Part shown: piece by piece, positions 51,601 to 62,973 of the stretch | Layout: every line of letters begins with the position of its first letter | Numbering within the stretch: the stretch's first letter is position 1 | Origin: Phoronis australis | Taxonomy: Eukaryota; Animalia; Phoronida | Assembly (NCBI GenBank): GCA_002633005.1 | Contig: NMRA01000084.1 | Coordinates: 524,030 to 588,029 of the forward strand | Reading direction: 5' to 3' | Length of the DNA: 64,000 bases | The notes under the pieces: generated by a model | Seen by the model: only the letters and a program-made list of their open reading frames with translations | The model's database searches: none | What the model was told of the DNA's origin: nothing | Made by a program: the position numbers and the translations under genes

Positions 51601-52574
51601 ATGGTACCGTCAGTGTTTCGAATCCATGAAGATTTTCTCGGATAAAAGACTACTTATTACCGCAGAGACAAAGCATTCTATATACTTGTATTTACAATAG
51701 TCACAATGTAATCGACATCAAACACATATTTATTGATCTCAAACTAGCTACGCCATAGGCCTAACTGTGCATGCGGGTGATCCGTCAGTTGAAATTAGCA
51801 GCTTGTCTGCAGTGAATATCGTGGCTACTTTGCATATATGTCTTGTTAGACCAATAGGTTTTGGAACTGCGCACACTGCTGCAGAACCTCAAATTGCGGA
51901 GTGTTGTGCATATTTTTAAGCACATATTGCCGCAATAAAATCGAAACTCACTGGGATACAGTCCAGGGCGTTGGTTGGTTCTACGGCACTTACAATAAAA
52001 ATGGAGGAGACGTTAAACGTGCGAAGCCTCTAAGTTACTGTAAAAATCAAACGCAACTTACGCATTGCTCACAATGCTGCATGTTCAATCGTTCCGAGCT
52101 CAGAATCAATATTGTCTGTCATAGGTTTGAAGAAGGGCGTAGCTACACGCAAACGCGCGTGCACGCTAAAAGCCATGTAATCGATAGGAAATGAATAGAA
52201 CACTGCGTGGAATAGTTTTTTATTATTTTTTGGAGCATGGTTTAACTCAAGCAAATCTCACATCATTTCAGATCCAGCAGCCACCGACAATGCACATGCA
52301 ATGTAAGTGCACGGTTCAATGTATATCAGTCATCGTATTTTAGAAATGGTGCCTATATCACTTATATATACATGTACTTCGCGACGGTCTTAACTGAACC
52401 TATGTGACGTAAAAAGCTTTACCTGAAATCCTCGAAGACGGGAGCTTTCATCAGTCCACCTTTTTCTAAACATTTCGGCCAGAAGTCAATGTAGCTGAAT
52501 TTAGGCCCGGGCAGCTTGCTCTCCGAGTCGCAACGATCTCTTCCATCAGCATTGTTTGACTCGTCGTCTGACAT
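30505..52574 (-). CDS. Uncharacterised four-repeat protein with C-terminal CaaX, 458 aa; complement(join(30505..30622,31904..32024,32623..32758,35418..35462,35607..35713,36127..36184,36602..36729,38689..38856,39082..39254,50423..50593,52423..52574))
   Basis: Eleven exons, all GT-AG. Intron phases (2,2,1,1,0,1,0,0,1,2) are mutually consistent, giving 1377 nt with no internal stop. The translation shows four self-similar repeats and ends KKDCCIQ*. Confidence 0.85.
31904..32024 (-). CDS. Repeat protein exon 10 (SCRVLSVQTL...WFQIYLR)
   Basis: Acceptor ttttgtag|, donor cag|gtaagc. Confidence 0.82.
32623..32758 (-). CDS. Repeat protein exon 9 (PCIDLRQRTIYP...EALPWFNRHQ)
   Basis: Acceptor ttgttacag|, donor aat|gtacgt. 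Confidence 0.78.
34530..34748. mobile_element. Old palindromic MITE-like element
   Basis: ~55-bp imperfect inverted arms with core ggttccatttccgttgccaac / gttgacaacgggaatggaacc. Confidence 0.55.
35418..35462 (-). CDS. Repeat protein exon 8, 45-nt symmetric linker (PSSEAHHTIDADGQV)
   Basis: Acceptor ttctgtcaaatag|, donor gtg|gtaagg, phase 0/0. Not required to keep the frame. Confidence 0.5.
35607..35713 (-). CDS. Repeat protein exon 7 (EIDMHSTSF...SSLRIAYVRAPNQEEQ)
   Basis: Acceptor ttccag|, donor cag|gttagt. Confidence 0.82.
36127..36184 (-). CDS. Repeat protein exon 6 (DVRVTNIQTIQRKIKKIAM)
   Basis: Acceptor ttcacag|, donor tgg|gtaagt. Confidence 0.82.
36602..36729 (-). CDS. Repeat protein exon 5 (GFEDLVP...AKGQAWLKDRR)
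   Basis: Acceptor tttttag|, donor cgg|gtgggt. Confidence 0.8.
36753..38429 (-). mobile_element. Non-autonomous Kolobok-type transposon, copy 2, with THAP remnant (in intron 4 of the repeat-protein gene)
   Basis: TTAA flanks. TIRs aggagcatgccacccg / cgggtggcattctcct. The - strand MPLCC...LPRESEMLRKWL...HLRI is the THAP start. Confidence 0.85.
38689..38856 (-). CDS. Repeat protein exon 4 (KIITIETR...VRVFYEHGEPRNETI)
   Basis: Acceptor ttaacag|, donor tag|gtaatg. Confidence 0.87.
39082..39254 (-). CDS. Repeat protein exon 3 (LWVRVKEDP...LGYVNFLP...NPIEG)
   Basis: Acceptor tttatttaag|, donor aag|gtgatc. Confidence 0.85.
40208..40508. mobile_element. Decayed Harbinger-type MITE related to 4710-5090
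   Basis: Starts cag|gggccggtatct. Shares ctcgagatta...tctacttt...cttaagataagtg and the tttcgagttc right arm. Confidence 0.55.
44070..44545 (-). mobile_element. 3' fragment of an I-group (LOA/Nimb-like) non-LTR retrotransposon
   Basis: The - strand reads LTGHCNLAGHRHITGHMGSPVCPKCGTDVESP*HLVESC, the C-terminal CCHC region of RNase-H-containing LINE ORF2, with a premature stop. Confidence 0.75.
45650..45900. repeat. Alternating purine-pyrimidine low-complexity repeat (TA/TG/CG)
   Basis: tacgtacg, tgtatgta and gtgtgtgtgc runs over ~250 bp. Confidence 0.9.
45970..46818. repeat. 424-bp direct duplication across n46394 (probable assembly artefact)
   Basis: 45970-46393 is nearly identical to 46395-46818. 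Confidence 0.85.
47879..48034. mobile_element. hAT-type MITE family A, copy 4
   Basis: TIR cagtgctgtagt with a perfect 8-bp TSD ttaataca. Confidence 0.88.
48225..48420 (+). pseudogene. Decayed THAP-domain fragment of a DNA transposon
   Basis: KRCVCGGCSNTNL...(frameshift)...QFPKNVTVAQKYHRFVRRT matches the THAP C-x4-C-x-N...FP pattern. Confidence 0.6.
50423..50593 (-). CDS. Repeat protein exon 2 (SECLERANVFLK...FVTGLR)
   Basis: Acceptor tttacag|, donor ag|gtgagt. Confidence 0.87.
50889..51192. mobile_element. MITE with 5-bp TSD
   Basis: TIRs caggggcggat / atccgtcactg. TSD caagt at 50884-50888 and 51193-51197. Confidence 0.8.
52423..52574 (-). CDS. Repeat protein exon 1 (MSDDESNN...FSYIDFWPKCLEKGGLMKAPVFEDF)
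   Basis: aaaATG start, donor cag|gtaaag, phase 2 matches exon 2. Confidence 0.8.
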
Positions 52575-53535
52575 TTTCTTTTGTCCTCAAGCAGTTAGCT
52601 CAGATGTCAACAAGCTTGCAGGAGCGATCACTCTCGTTTACGAACGGCGAACCCGGTGCGCTATATTAGCTGATGCACATGTGACAGCTAGAATATAAAT
52701 GACGTTATGCAGAGTTACAGCACATGCCTGTACGTCATCTTATTCCGAAGAGAATATTGTATGATGATACGGAATCTAACCCGGGCAAGCTACTGTACAG
52801 GAAAAAGAGACATTTTAATTTGCACGTTATTTGCTGTTGCCTAAAATGTTCTCAAATAATCCACGTTAACTACTGTTTTGCAAATGGTTGGTTGGTGCAT
52901 GTATGGATTTAAACCTGCATTTCGTCGCGTTTATGTGGCTGAATTATGAAAATGGAATTAGTCCTTTTAATCTCAAATAATCGGTCTCATAAAATGATTC
53001 TTTAAGTGATAGGGTTTTTGTTCTGCCGGCAACGAGACGTCCAAGACTCGAGAAAGCTCTTCAAAGTTCACTAAAATTGGTCAACCTAAAAATTGCGAAT
53101 TCGAAATTTGCGCCTGTACTCATTTCCTGTGATTTTAGTTAGAAACGAAAATGAAATCCTATATTTATAATGGATAATGGAAAGGGAGATGTGAGACCAA
53201 TTATATGCTCTTATTTTATTTTCATTTTAGCCACCTAAACAAGGAAAAATGCAGCTTTAAACTTGTTGCGATATTATTATAGTGGTGACACGCCACCTAT
53301 TGACAACACAGATTTAAGACGCCATCTTGTCTTGCTCGTATTCCCACACATTGTCAGGAAATGGTTCATCAAAGACCACCTGAACTGAATTCTGCTGGAA
53401 ACAAGGTGGGCGATTGCACAAAGTGGCAATTTTCACTTGAACAGTACAAGCTATCCAGTGGCTTTTATGGAAAGGACCCACATTCAGGTGAACACGTCCC
53501 GCACACGGGAGCGTACCATTGCCTGCTGGCTTCTT

Positions 53536-54328
53536 GGTGCCACGGGTTCTATGTGTCCCGTCTTCTATATGCCCCGGGTTCTATGTGTCCCGTTTCATGG
53601 ATTTGGGTTCTATGTTTCCGAGGTTCTATGTGTCCCGGGTTCTATTTGTCCTGGTCGTTAAGGCGCTAAGCGGCGGGATGAGTGTGCACGTTTCAGCTAC
53701 AATCGCCATTTAAGGTCCACATGACAATTTCGATTTTTTTGATCCTCACATAAGACGAACAAATGACCTCATTAACACGGGTTTGCATGCATAATTAGGT
53801 CAAATTTTGGCCCAATAGCATATTAAATTACATGAAGGCCTGCATATCTCAGGAAAGTTGACAGAATCTCACTGAGGATCTTTGGGTCGATTCTTATGTT
53901 CACCAGGGCACCTAATTAATTGCTGACACTTACGAGGTCATTCAAGGTCAGGACCACGCGACAATTTCTCAAAAAACCGCTATCTCTACCTAAAAACGTA
54001 CATAATATCATGGGCGGCGCAGCACTGAATTAAGTGGGGGCTATAGCCCCCAACCCCCGGGCCCCTTTGTTGCACCGCCCATAAACATTTAAAGCACGTG
54101 CAGGCAGTATGTGCTGGTTTCATAAAACATTGCCATATTTGGAACAAATGACCATTTTAGTTGTTCTTTCAAGCCTGATCAAAAGCAAAAAGATTCGGGT
54201 AATCAACTGAATAGTGCTATGGCATTCTGCACAGGGGAACAATCACTAATACCACGAGACACATAGAACCTCGATATACATAAAACGGAACACATGGAAC
54301 CTGGGACATATAGAACCCGGGACACATC
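53536..54328. mobile_element. Element bounded by inverted arrays of a ~17-bp repeat
   Basis: About five gggttctatgtgtccc units at 53543-53650 and their reverse complements (gggacatatagaaccc) at 54255-54327. A family-B MITE is nested at 54009-54083. Confidence 0.6.
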
Positions 54329-54989
54329 AAGACGATCCCTCGCTGTTCAGGGCTGTACGTAGTCTGTAACACCATCTTCCCGTTCAAGCAGCAACGCAGT
54401 TTTTGGGTAAGTTCTACTGTCCATACCACGTACAGGCAATAGAATTTTAGTTTCTCAAGTGACTTTCTTTGTTATCTTGTGATACTTCCGATGGTTACTT
54501 GAAAAACACTGGTAAAAACTTGTGAGTTCAGAGTTCTTAAAGGTGAACTGAAAAACTTTGAATCGTTGATGGTACAATACACGACAATGCAGAGCAAGGA
54601 GGCTACTAAAAATAGGTGACGTCACATTCGTGACCACATCAAAATGGTTCTCGGAGCCAAATAAAGTAAAGCTCAGGCGTTCACCGTCAATAATCAAGTT
54701 AACTGTCTCGTTTGTCTCAGTGTAACGAAGAGACGACTCCAGATTCATTCCATGTACTGTATAGCTGTGGAAATGTGAAAGCTCACAGAAGCCCTATGCA
54801 TTCCCAGCATACGCAACAACTTGATATACATGTACATGTACACTGTAATTAAGTAACGATGAAACACCGACCACACAAGACGTGCTTTCACCGACAAAAA
54901 AGACAAATTCGCCATAATCTGTGCACATGAGGCAGAGAGCCATGATGCTGATTAAAAATACTTTTTAGGCAAGTGCAATATTCACATGA

Positions 54990-57900
54990 TGATGACTGGC
55001 ACGAGGTTAAAACCTGTGATTCTAACCAAGTGGTCATGAAACACGCCGGGTTTTGTGCTCAGTGCAACGTACTATCAGCCAGTCTGTTTTAGCACGCTTC
55101 TGGCAAGATTTAGATCAACCATGTATCTCATTGGTAAACTAGAAAGATTATTATCACGGCGTGACAATAACGGACTCTGCGCGTGCGTATTACTGGAATT
55201 ATTATGGGAAGTTACTGACAGCAACCCGTTTACCAATATGAAAAGGAATTCTTTAAAATTGTAGGAGAAATTACATATTATTTTTTTGATGACCTTTCCA
55301 CTAATTGACCTCTTCCAGTGCATTATGAGCCCCGATGAGGGAGTAATTGTTAACTCGAGTAAAAGTGTGGTTAATGCTAATAATCACAGATGTTTTACTT
55401 TAAGCACTTCAGAATACAAGATGCATGAAGTGGTCAAACTTTCAGAAGAAAAATACACCTAATGACCCCATGTTTGCACTAAATGACCTGAAACTTTGGA
55501 TTCCGATTTGATTTACCTGTGGCAATCACACCTGTCAATTTGAAATGTCTAGCTCAAATTTTTAGTTTGCACCTAATGACCTTTGACCTATTTCACCTGA
55601 TTGGATGACCCGATTACTTAGAAAAGTATTTTTTTAAATTGTCATGTTGACTTATACCTGTGCACCGAATTTGAAAAAGATGGCTTTAAAACTGAAGGAG
55701 TAGCATTTTGAAAATTATATGACCTTTGCATCAAACGACCTCTTCAAGTGCAATATTGAATATGATTATATAACACGTCAAAATTTATATACTGTCAAAA
55801 GTCATATGCTGAATTTAAAGACCGTACCTGCACCCAGTTTGGAGTTATTAAGCCTCAAAGTTGGTCGGAAGAAGAATAAGAAGAATAAGAATAAGAAGAA
55901 TGAGAATAAGAACTAGAAAGATTATTGTCACGGCGTGACAATAACGGACTCTGCGCGTGCGTATTACTGGAATTATTATGGGAAGTTATTGACAGCAACC
56001 CGTTTACCAATATGAAAAGGAATTCTTTAAAATTGTAGGACAAATAACGTATTAATTTTTGATGACCTTTCCCTTAATTGACCTCTTCCGGTGCATTATG
56101 AGCCCCGATGAGGGAATAATTATTAACTCGATTAAAAGTGTGGTTAATGCTACTAATCACAGATGTTTTACTTTAAGCACTTCAGAATACATGATGAATG
56201 AAGTGGTCAAACTTTCAGAAGAAAAATGCACCTAATGACCCCATGGGTGCACCAAATGACCTGAAAATTTAGAATTCAAAATCAATCGCACTTAGTAAAC
56301 AGATACGTAATTCTGAAGTCTCTAGCTCAAAATTTTAGTTTACACTCAATGACCTTTGTCCTATTTTTTTCTGATTGGCTACGCCTATTGCGAAGTAAAG
56401 TAGGTTATTCAATTGGCATGTTGACTTACACCAGTGTGCTGAAATTGAAAAGAATTCCTTGACAAATGTAAGAGATATAACAGTTTGAACGTTACACGAC
56501 CTTTGCACTAATTGACCTTACCCGGTGCATTTTAAGCATCTTTAGGAGAATAATTGCAAAGCCCATGGAAAATGTGTTTAACGCTGAGAATCACAGTTGT
56601 CTAACGGTGGACACATCAGAATACTTGTTGATTGAAAAGGTCAAATTTTCAGAAGAAAAATGCACCTAATGACCCCATGTTTGCACTAAATGACCTGAAA
56701 CTTTGGATTCCTATTTGATTTACCTGTGGCAATCAAACCTGTCAATTTGAAGTGTCTAGCTCAAAATTTTAGTTTGCACCTAATGACCTTTGACCTATTT
56801 CACCTGATTGGATGACCCGATTACTTAGAAAAGTAATTTTTTAAATTGTCATGTTGACATATACCTGTGCACTGAATTTGAAAAAGATAGCTTTAAAACT
56901 GAAGGAGGAGTAGCATTTTGAAAATTATATGACCTTTGCACCAAACGACCTCTTTCGGTGCAATATGGAATATGATTATATAACCAATCAAAATTTATGT
57001 ACTATCAAAACTCATATGCTGAATTTAAAGACCGTACCTGCACCCAATTTGGAGTTATTAAGCCTCAAATTTGGTCGGAAGAAGAATCAGAAGAATAAGA
57101 ATAAGAACTAGAAAGATTATTGTCACGAAGTGACAATAATGGACTCTGCGCGTGCGTATTAAAGGAATTGTTATGGGAAGTTACTGACAGCAACCCCGTT
57201 TACCAATATGAAAAGAAATTCTTTAAAATTGTAGGAGTAATTTCATGTTAATGTTTTGATGACCTTTCCACTAACTGACCTCTTCCNATTATTATGGGAA
57301 GTTACTGACAGCAACCCGTTTACCAATATGAAAAGGAATTCTTTAAAATTGTAGGAGAAATTACATATTATTTTTTTGATGACCTTTCCACTAATTGACC
57401 TCTTCCGGTGCATTATGAGCCCCGATGAGGGAGTAATTATTAACTCGATTAAAAGTGTGGTTAATGCTACTAATCACAGATGTTTTGCTTTAAGCACTTC
57501 AGAATACATGATGAATGAAGTGGTCAAACTTTCAGAAGAGAAATGCACCTAATGGCCCCATGGGTGCACCAAATGACCTGAAAATTTAGAATTCAAACTC
57601 AATCGCACTTAGTAAACAGATACGTAATTTTGAAGTCTCTAGCTCAAAATTTTAGTTTGCACTCAATGACCTTTGTCCTATTTTTTTCTGATTGGCTACG
57701 CCTATTGCGAAGTAAAGTAGGGTATTCAATTGGCATGTTGACTTACACCAGTGTGCTGAAATTGAAAAGAATTCCTTGAAAAACGTAAGAGATATAACAG
57801 TTTGAAAGTTACACGACCTTTGCACTAATTGACCTTACCCGGTGCATTTTAAGCATCTTTAGGAGAATTTTTGCAAAGCCCATGGAAAATGTGTTTAACG

Positions 57901-59065
57901 CTGAGAATCACAGTTGTCTAACGTGGACACATCAGAATACTTGTTGATTGAAAAGGTCAAATTTTCAGAAGAAAAATGCACCTAATGACCCCATGTTTGC
58001 ACTAAATGACCTGAAACTTTGGATTCCTATTTGATTTACCTGTGGCAATCGGACCTGTCAATTTCAAGTGTCTAGCTCAAAATTTTAGTTTGCATCTAAT
58101 GACCTTTGACCTATTTCACCTGATTGGATGACCCAATTACTTAGAAAAGTAATTTTTTAAATTGTCATGTTGACATATACCTGTGCACTGAATTTGAAAA
58201 AGAAAGCTTTAAAACTGAAGGAGGAGTAGCATTTTGAAAATTATATGACCTTTGCACCAAACGACCTCTTTCGGTGCAATATGGAATATGATTATACAAC
58301 CAATCAAAATTTATGTACTGTCAAAACTCATATGCTGAATTTAAAGACCGTACCTGCACCCAATTTGGAGTTATTAAGCCTCAAATTTTGTCGGAAGAAG
58401 AATCAGAAGAATAAGAATAAGAATAAGAATAAAATTGAAGAAAACCCAGGAACAACAGTACTCTGCGCTTACACGCGCAGAGTAACAAGATATCAGTCCA
58501 TGTTTGGCACCGGGCCAAACCACATTTCATGTATTTCCCAACAAATTAGGGCATAAGTGTTTGCTTCAAGTTATTTCAGATGATGTTAGACCCATTTTGA
58601 GAAGAAAGAATGTGTGCGAAAATGAGGCTGATCCCCACAAGTAGAGGTACAGTAGTATTCTTCACCAATTTGACGATATATTCAGCGGAATGGGAAGTTG
58701 TCATTTGACTATGATATAAGAATTGACTCCACTAATGTGAAAGCTCACAGCAAATTGCTACTTTTCTACTTGAGACAGAGCATAAGAGAGCATGCAACAG
58801 GGCGCGGGGTGCTAATGATGGTGATGGGGTGGTAGATTTCCCCCTCCGACTCGGCAAAAAAATTTCACCAGTCAGAAGGCACACTCCATGACCATTGATG
58901 CACAGAAGGCCTTTGATCAGATAGATCTTGACGACAAAAAACATACGCTGTTAACATTTACTATCCTTTTTGGTCGGTAAACTATTTGATAACGATCATG
59001 GAATTAACATCAGCCCCTGAAGCTATCACAAGCGGATAACAGGTGTTCTTCAAGACCTACATAGA
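54990..59065 (+). pseudogene. Highly decayed Ty3/Gypsy pol relic interrupted by the HINE array
   Basis: Protease-like DWHEV...VVMKHAGFCAQCNVLSASLF at ~54993-55135. After the insertion come ILHQFDDIFSGMG (~58657) and RT-like MTIDAQKAFDQIDLDDKKHTLLTFTILFGR*...TSAPE (58888-59030), in canonical order. Confidence 0.6.
55137..58486 (-). mobile_element. Tandem array of a Helentron-associated non-autonomous element (HINE/DINE-1-like)
   Basis: 5' hairpin tactctgcgc-ttacac-gcgcagagta (58459-58484), an (AAGAAT)n microsatellite and ~430-bp core repeats. The subTIR actctgcgcgtg, the stem-loop ttattgtcac-ggc-gtgacaataa and the CTAG-TT end recur at 55137, 55911 and 57106. Confidence 0.8.
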
Positions 59066-60076
59066 CATGTACTAAAATAAACATGATGAGCTATTGTCTG
59101 TGTACGTTAATTTAGACGCCTTTCACATATTGCCGGCTCAGCCGGCAATTCATTGAGGTTCGGGACTCCACCACGAACCCTGTCAAAGTGACGGCAAAAA
59201 GTTCGGACCGAAACGCTGCCTTTGGCGGTGAAGTCCCTGAAACCGCTTATATGCTATCATAAAGCTCCCCTAACTCGTTTCGTTTCTATCGTGGGTGATT
59301 TCTTAAACCCATGAACTTTCCACGAAGGCTTATTTACACATTTCCGGGGTGGTGGGCGGTTCGTGACATCGGCAAATTCCCACACATTGCCAAGGAACAT
59401 TACGTTTTATCATCGCCAATTATTCAGTATGGACTCGAAGTAAACCGAAAGGTCCACGGGTAGTCGAAACGGACCGTGAACATGCAACTTTCGTGTAGTA
59501 AACGTCAGCCTCCACACCACAAAGGGGAAATTACCAGGGACACCTCTTGGAAGGCGCCCCTACAAATTTGGACCCTTAACATGAATGGATATGTAAGAAC
59601 AAAGAGAAGAAAGGACTAGCAATTGATTCCATGACCTGAGCTCCTGTTTCACACAAAATGTATAATTCCACGAAAAAAAGCAATTGATTACATCATTGAA
59701 CCCAGAGACAAACCAGCAATTGATATTAAGCATCGCGTCCCCTTCAGCATGGTACCCGGCGCCAATTCAAAGATTGATGAACAACATAAACACAAAAACA
59801 CATTTGCATTATCCCTTTGAAAAACTGAAAAATGCTCTGGAAAGGCGTGTATATCAAATGTTGTCAGATGTTTGGAAGTAAGGTATCGACTTCAACAACA
59901 CGTAGACAATACAAGCTGCAATGTTATTTTGCACCCGCATATAATATACATATGTTGGTGCATACGATTGCCGTTATCTCTGTCTGAGCGACGGGCATCC
60001 GGGCGTCCGGCGGTTCCAAATGCTGTATACCTTAAGCCCCTTGCAGGATCTTCAAGAAAATTGGTGGGTGGGTTCT

Positions 60077-61158
60077 TGTGTAGCTGGCGAAAGATGAAGA
60101 CGACCTTCGGACGTACATGTATACAACTACCGCTGTGTTCCTAGAGACAATTTAATATATATCCAATTTCTGGACTGTGATCTATCAAGCTCCTTGACAA
60201 ATTTTTACTAAATTTGTCAAATAAGTTTCTATTGAGATGGCGACGACGCTGTCCCAATGTCGGACGAATTCGACGCATTCTGCGCACCCCAATGGCACAG
60301 ATATGTTGCACAATAAGAGAATTTTGAAATCGCACAGTTCCAATGCAGTGATAAATCAAAGTAACAACATTTTCGCATATCTGAAAAAATAGCCTGCTTC
60401 ACAAGACCTGCATTTACGTGACCTCTGCAGGTAAGGCACATCATAGAGAATGTACAGCAACTACTTGCTCAAAATTACAAACACAACATTGTGAGAGTTA
60501 TGAATCTTCACAATGACGGAATCAGTCATTGATTTCAAGTTACTGATGCAGACATGTAACCCTCAAAATCATAAAATGAGATCGAACGTTGAGATGTGTT
60601 TACCAGTCCAGCTGACTTCNTGTGTAGCTGGCGAAAGATGAAGACGACCTTCGGACGTACATGTATACAACTACCGCTGTGTTCCTAGAGACAATTTAAT
60701 ATATATCCAATTTCTGGACTGTGATCTATCAAGCTCCTTGACAAATTTTTACTAAATTTGTCAAATAAGTTTCTATTGAGATGGCGACGACGCTGTCCCA
60801 ATGTCGGACGAGTTCGACGCATTCTGCGCACCCCAATGGCACAGATATGTTGCACAATAAGAGAATTTTGAAATCGCACAGTTCCAATGCAGTGATAAAT
60901 TCAAAGTAAAAACATTTTCGCATATCTGAAAAAATAGCCTGCTTCACAAGACCTGCATTTGCGTGAACTCTGCAGGTAAGGCACGTCATAGAGAATGTAC
61001 AGCAACTACTTGCTCAAAATTACAAACACAACATTGTGAGAGTTATGAATCTTCACAATGACGGAATCAGTCATTTATTTCAAGTTACTGATGCAGACGT
61101 GTAACCCTCAAAGTCATAAAATGAGATCGAACGTTGAGATGTGTTTACCAGTCCAGCT
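60077..61158. repeat. ~540-bp direct duplication across n60620 (probable allelic/assembly artefact)
   Basis: 60077-60619 matches 60621-~61158 with scattered SNPs. Confidence 0.85.
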
Positions 61159-62383
61159 AACCCCCCCCCCCNTATCGCCATATTACTACCCCGGTCAACA
61201 TCGTCGTTGTAACTGAAATTATCCAAATGGCCTTTCCCTAAACCAAACACATCACTGTCGATACTGCCAATAATTCCGAGCGTTTTCCGCGGGGGTACGA
61301 TTACACTTCCAAAAATCCCCTGAGTATGGTCTGCGCTCTGTTTCTCCAAAAATCTGATAATTTACCGCACTCAATAATTCACTGGTAAACCCTTTAACTT
61401 ATCTTTTGTAGTAGCTTGTCACCCATGACTAATTAGTAAATTTTGAATTTGCCAGTCATGTTATCTGTTAATTAACGTTTAATAATTGGACTCCGTCCTA
61501 TAGTGTATTCCGGTCTGTGATGAGCGTAATAGGTGTATTTCAAAGTTGTTTGTGACGGAATGCTGGTGTTTTTAATGAACACAATTTTGGAAAAATGTGA
61601 CACCTTATTGAGCATTCCTCACAAGTTACAATCTTTGGGAAGCCGCTAACAGCGTCGTTTGCTCTGAAATATACGATTTTAGAAATAGCTTATTATTTCC
61701 AATGACTTATTTTTATTAAAGTTACGTAGGCAAGAAATCCGTTTTCGTTCTTCATAAATGGGACACAGTATATTGAAATAGATGGCCCATTCTGAAAGAG
61801 ACCAAAAAGCGGGGCCTCTTATACAGCGTAATTACACAGTAATGTTGGAGCCCCATTTATGAGGCTCGAGAAATGAATTTTTGCTGATGTCATTTTGATA
61901 AGAATAAGTCATTTTGACATAGGCAAGAAATCCATTTTCGATCTTCAAACGAGGGTCTGCCTTGTGTTGATATACGGGGCACCACGTCATAGCGTCCAAC
62001 AAGATGAACCCTCTATTAATATAGTGGGACCCGCTTGAGGGCGGTAAAAAAGCGAGGCCCTTATATTAATACAGTGCCCTACAACAAGTGACCAAAAGCG
62101 GGCCTTTACCTGTATATTAATATAGGTGGCCGCGCTCTTGGTGGTATTCGGACAGTGACCCCTATACTAATGATTAAACAAGACTTAGATGTTTTAATTA
62201 ACTTACAATGCTGCACTTGACTGATTCGCCGGTTCTGCCGGATCGACCGGTTAACGTATGTGATTGGTCATTACGGCGTTTTCCCGTTGCTCCCAACTTG
62301 TTCGATTCTGCAGCCCAACAACAAGTTGGGAAGTTTACACCTGTAGATAATATCTTACACGACTGATTAAATTCTGGCATTCA

Positions 62384-62797
62384 TGGTTGGAGGGCCAGCT
62401 CTCTTTTGTTCGATAATTGCTGTAATCTTCAAAAAGATCGTATTGCCTGACTTGACTGAGCTGTTAAAAATAAAAGCTAAGTTATACCATTTTTCAACAT
62501 AAACCAATAGCATTACTGAAATCCCCGTCTAATTTTGATCATGTTTAGTTTTTGAATCGCCAAAATCGTCCAACTGTAACCGAAGTAATGATAATCTATT
62601 CTTTCTGAATGTACCAATTCGCTCTGTGTTTGACGGTGTTCACACGTGGTCTGTAATAAGCCTGGTAGATAATTGTCCTGCCTGTTGTCATAACAGACAA
62701 AAGACTTCGCTTGGCAGTTAACAAAGAAGCTAGATGTTATCACATGCTCAGAACCCCCTTCATCTGGTATAGTCACTGAACGGGAAAACGCTGTCAC
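62384..62797 (-). repeat. Diverged inverted copy of the repeat in MFS intron 1 (~11575-12632)
   Basis: Contains reverse complements of gagctggccctccaaccatga, aatgctattggtttatgttgaaa, gttggacgattttgg and gcgttctcccgttcag, with an internal deletion. Confidence 0.75.
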
Positions 62798-62973
62798 ATC
62801 TACATGTAGGTGACGACTTCTGGCTTACAGACCAATCACACGATTGGTTTGCCACGTGACCCGTCTTAAGCGGAGAATTCAAGTGCAGCCGATGAGAATG
62901 ATCACAGTGGCCATCTCGACAAAAGCTTCTGTGCAGAAGTAAGTCTTGTCCCATTAGACAATTTAATTATTGG

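Noticed and set aside
54455-54748. 97-aa - strand ORF
   Set aside because: It has no motif and no in-phase splice to the downstream gene, which has its own ATG exon.
55055-58556. Repeated MTFA(S/P)NDLF... ORFs
   Set aside because: They are translations of non-coding HINE core repeats and the AAGAAT microsatellite.
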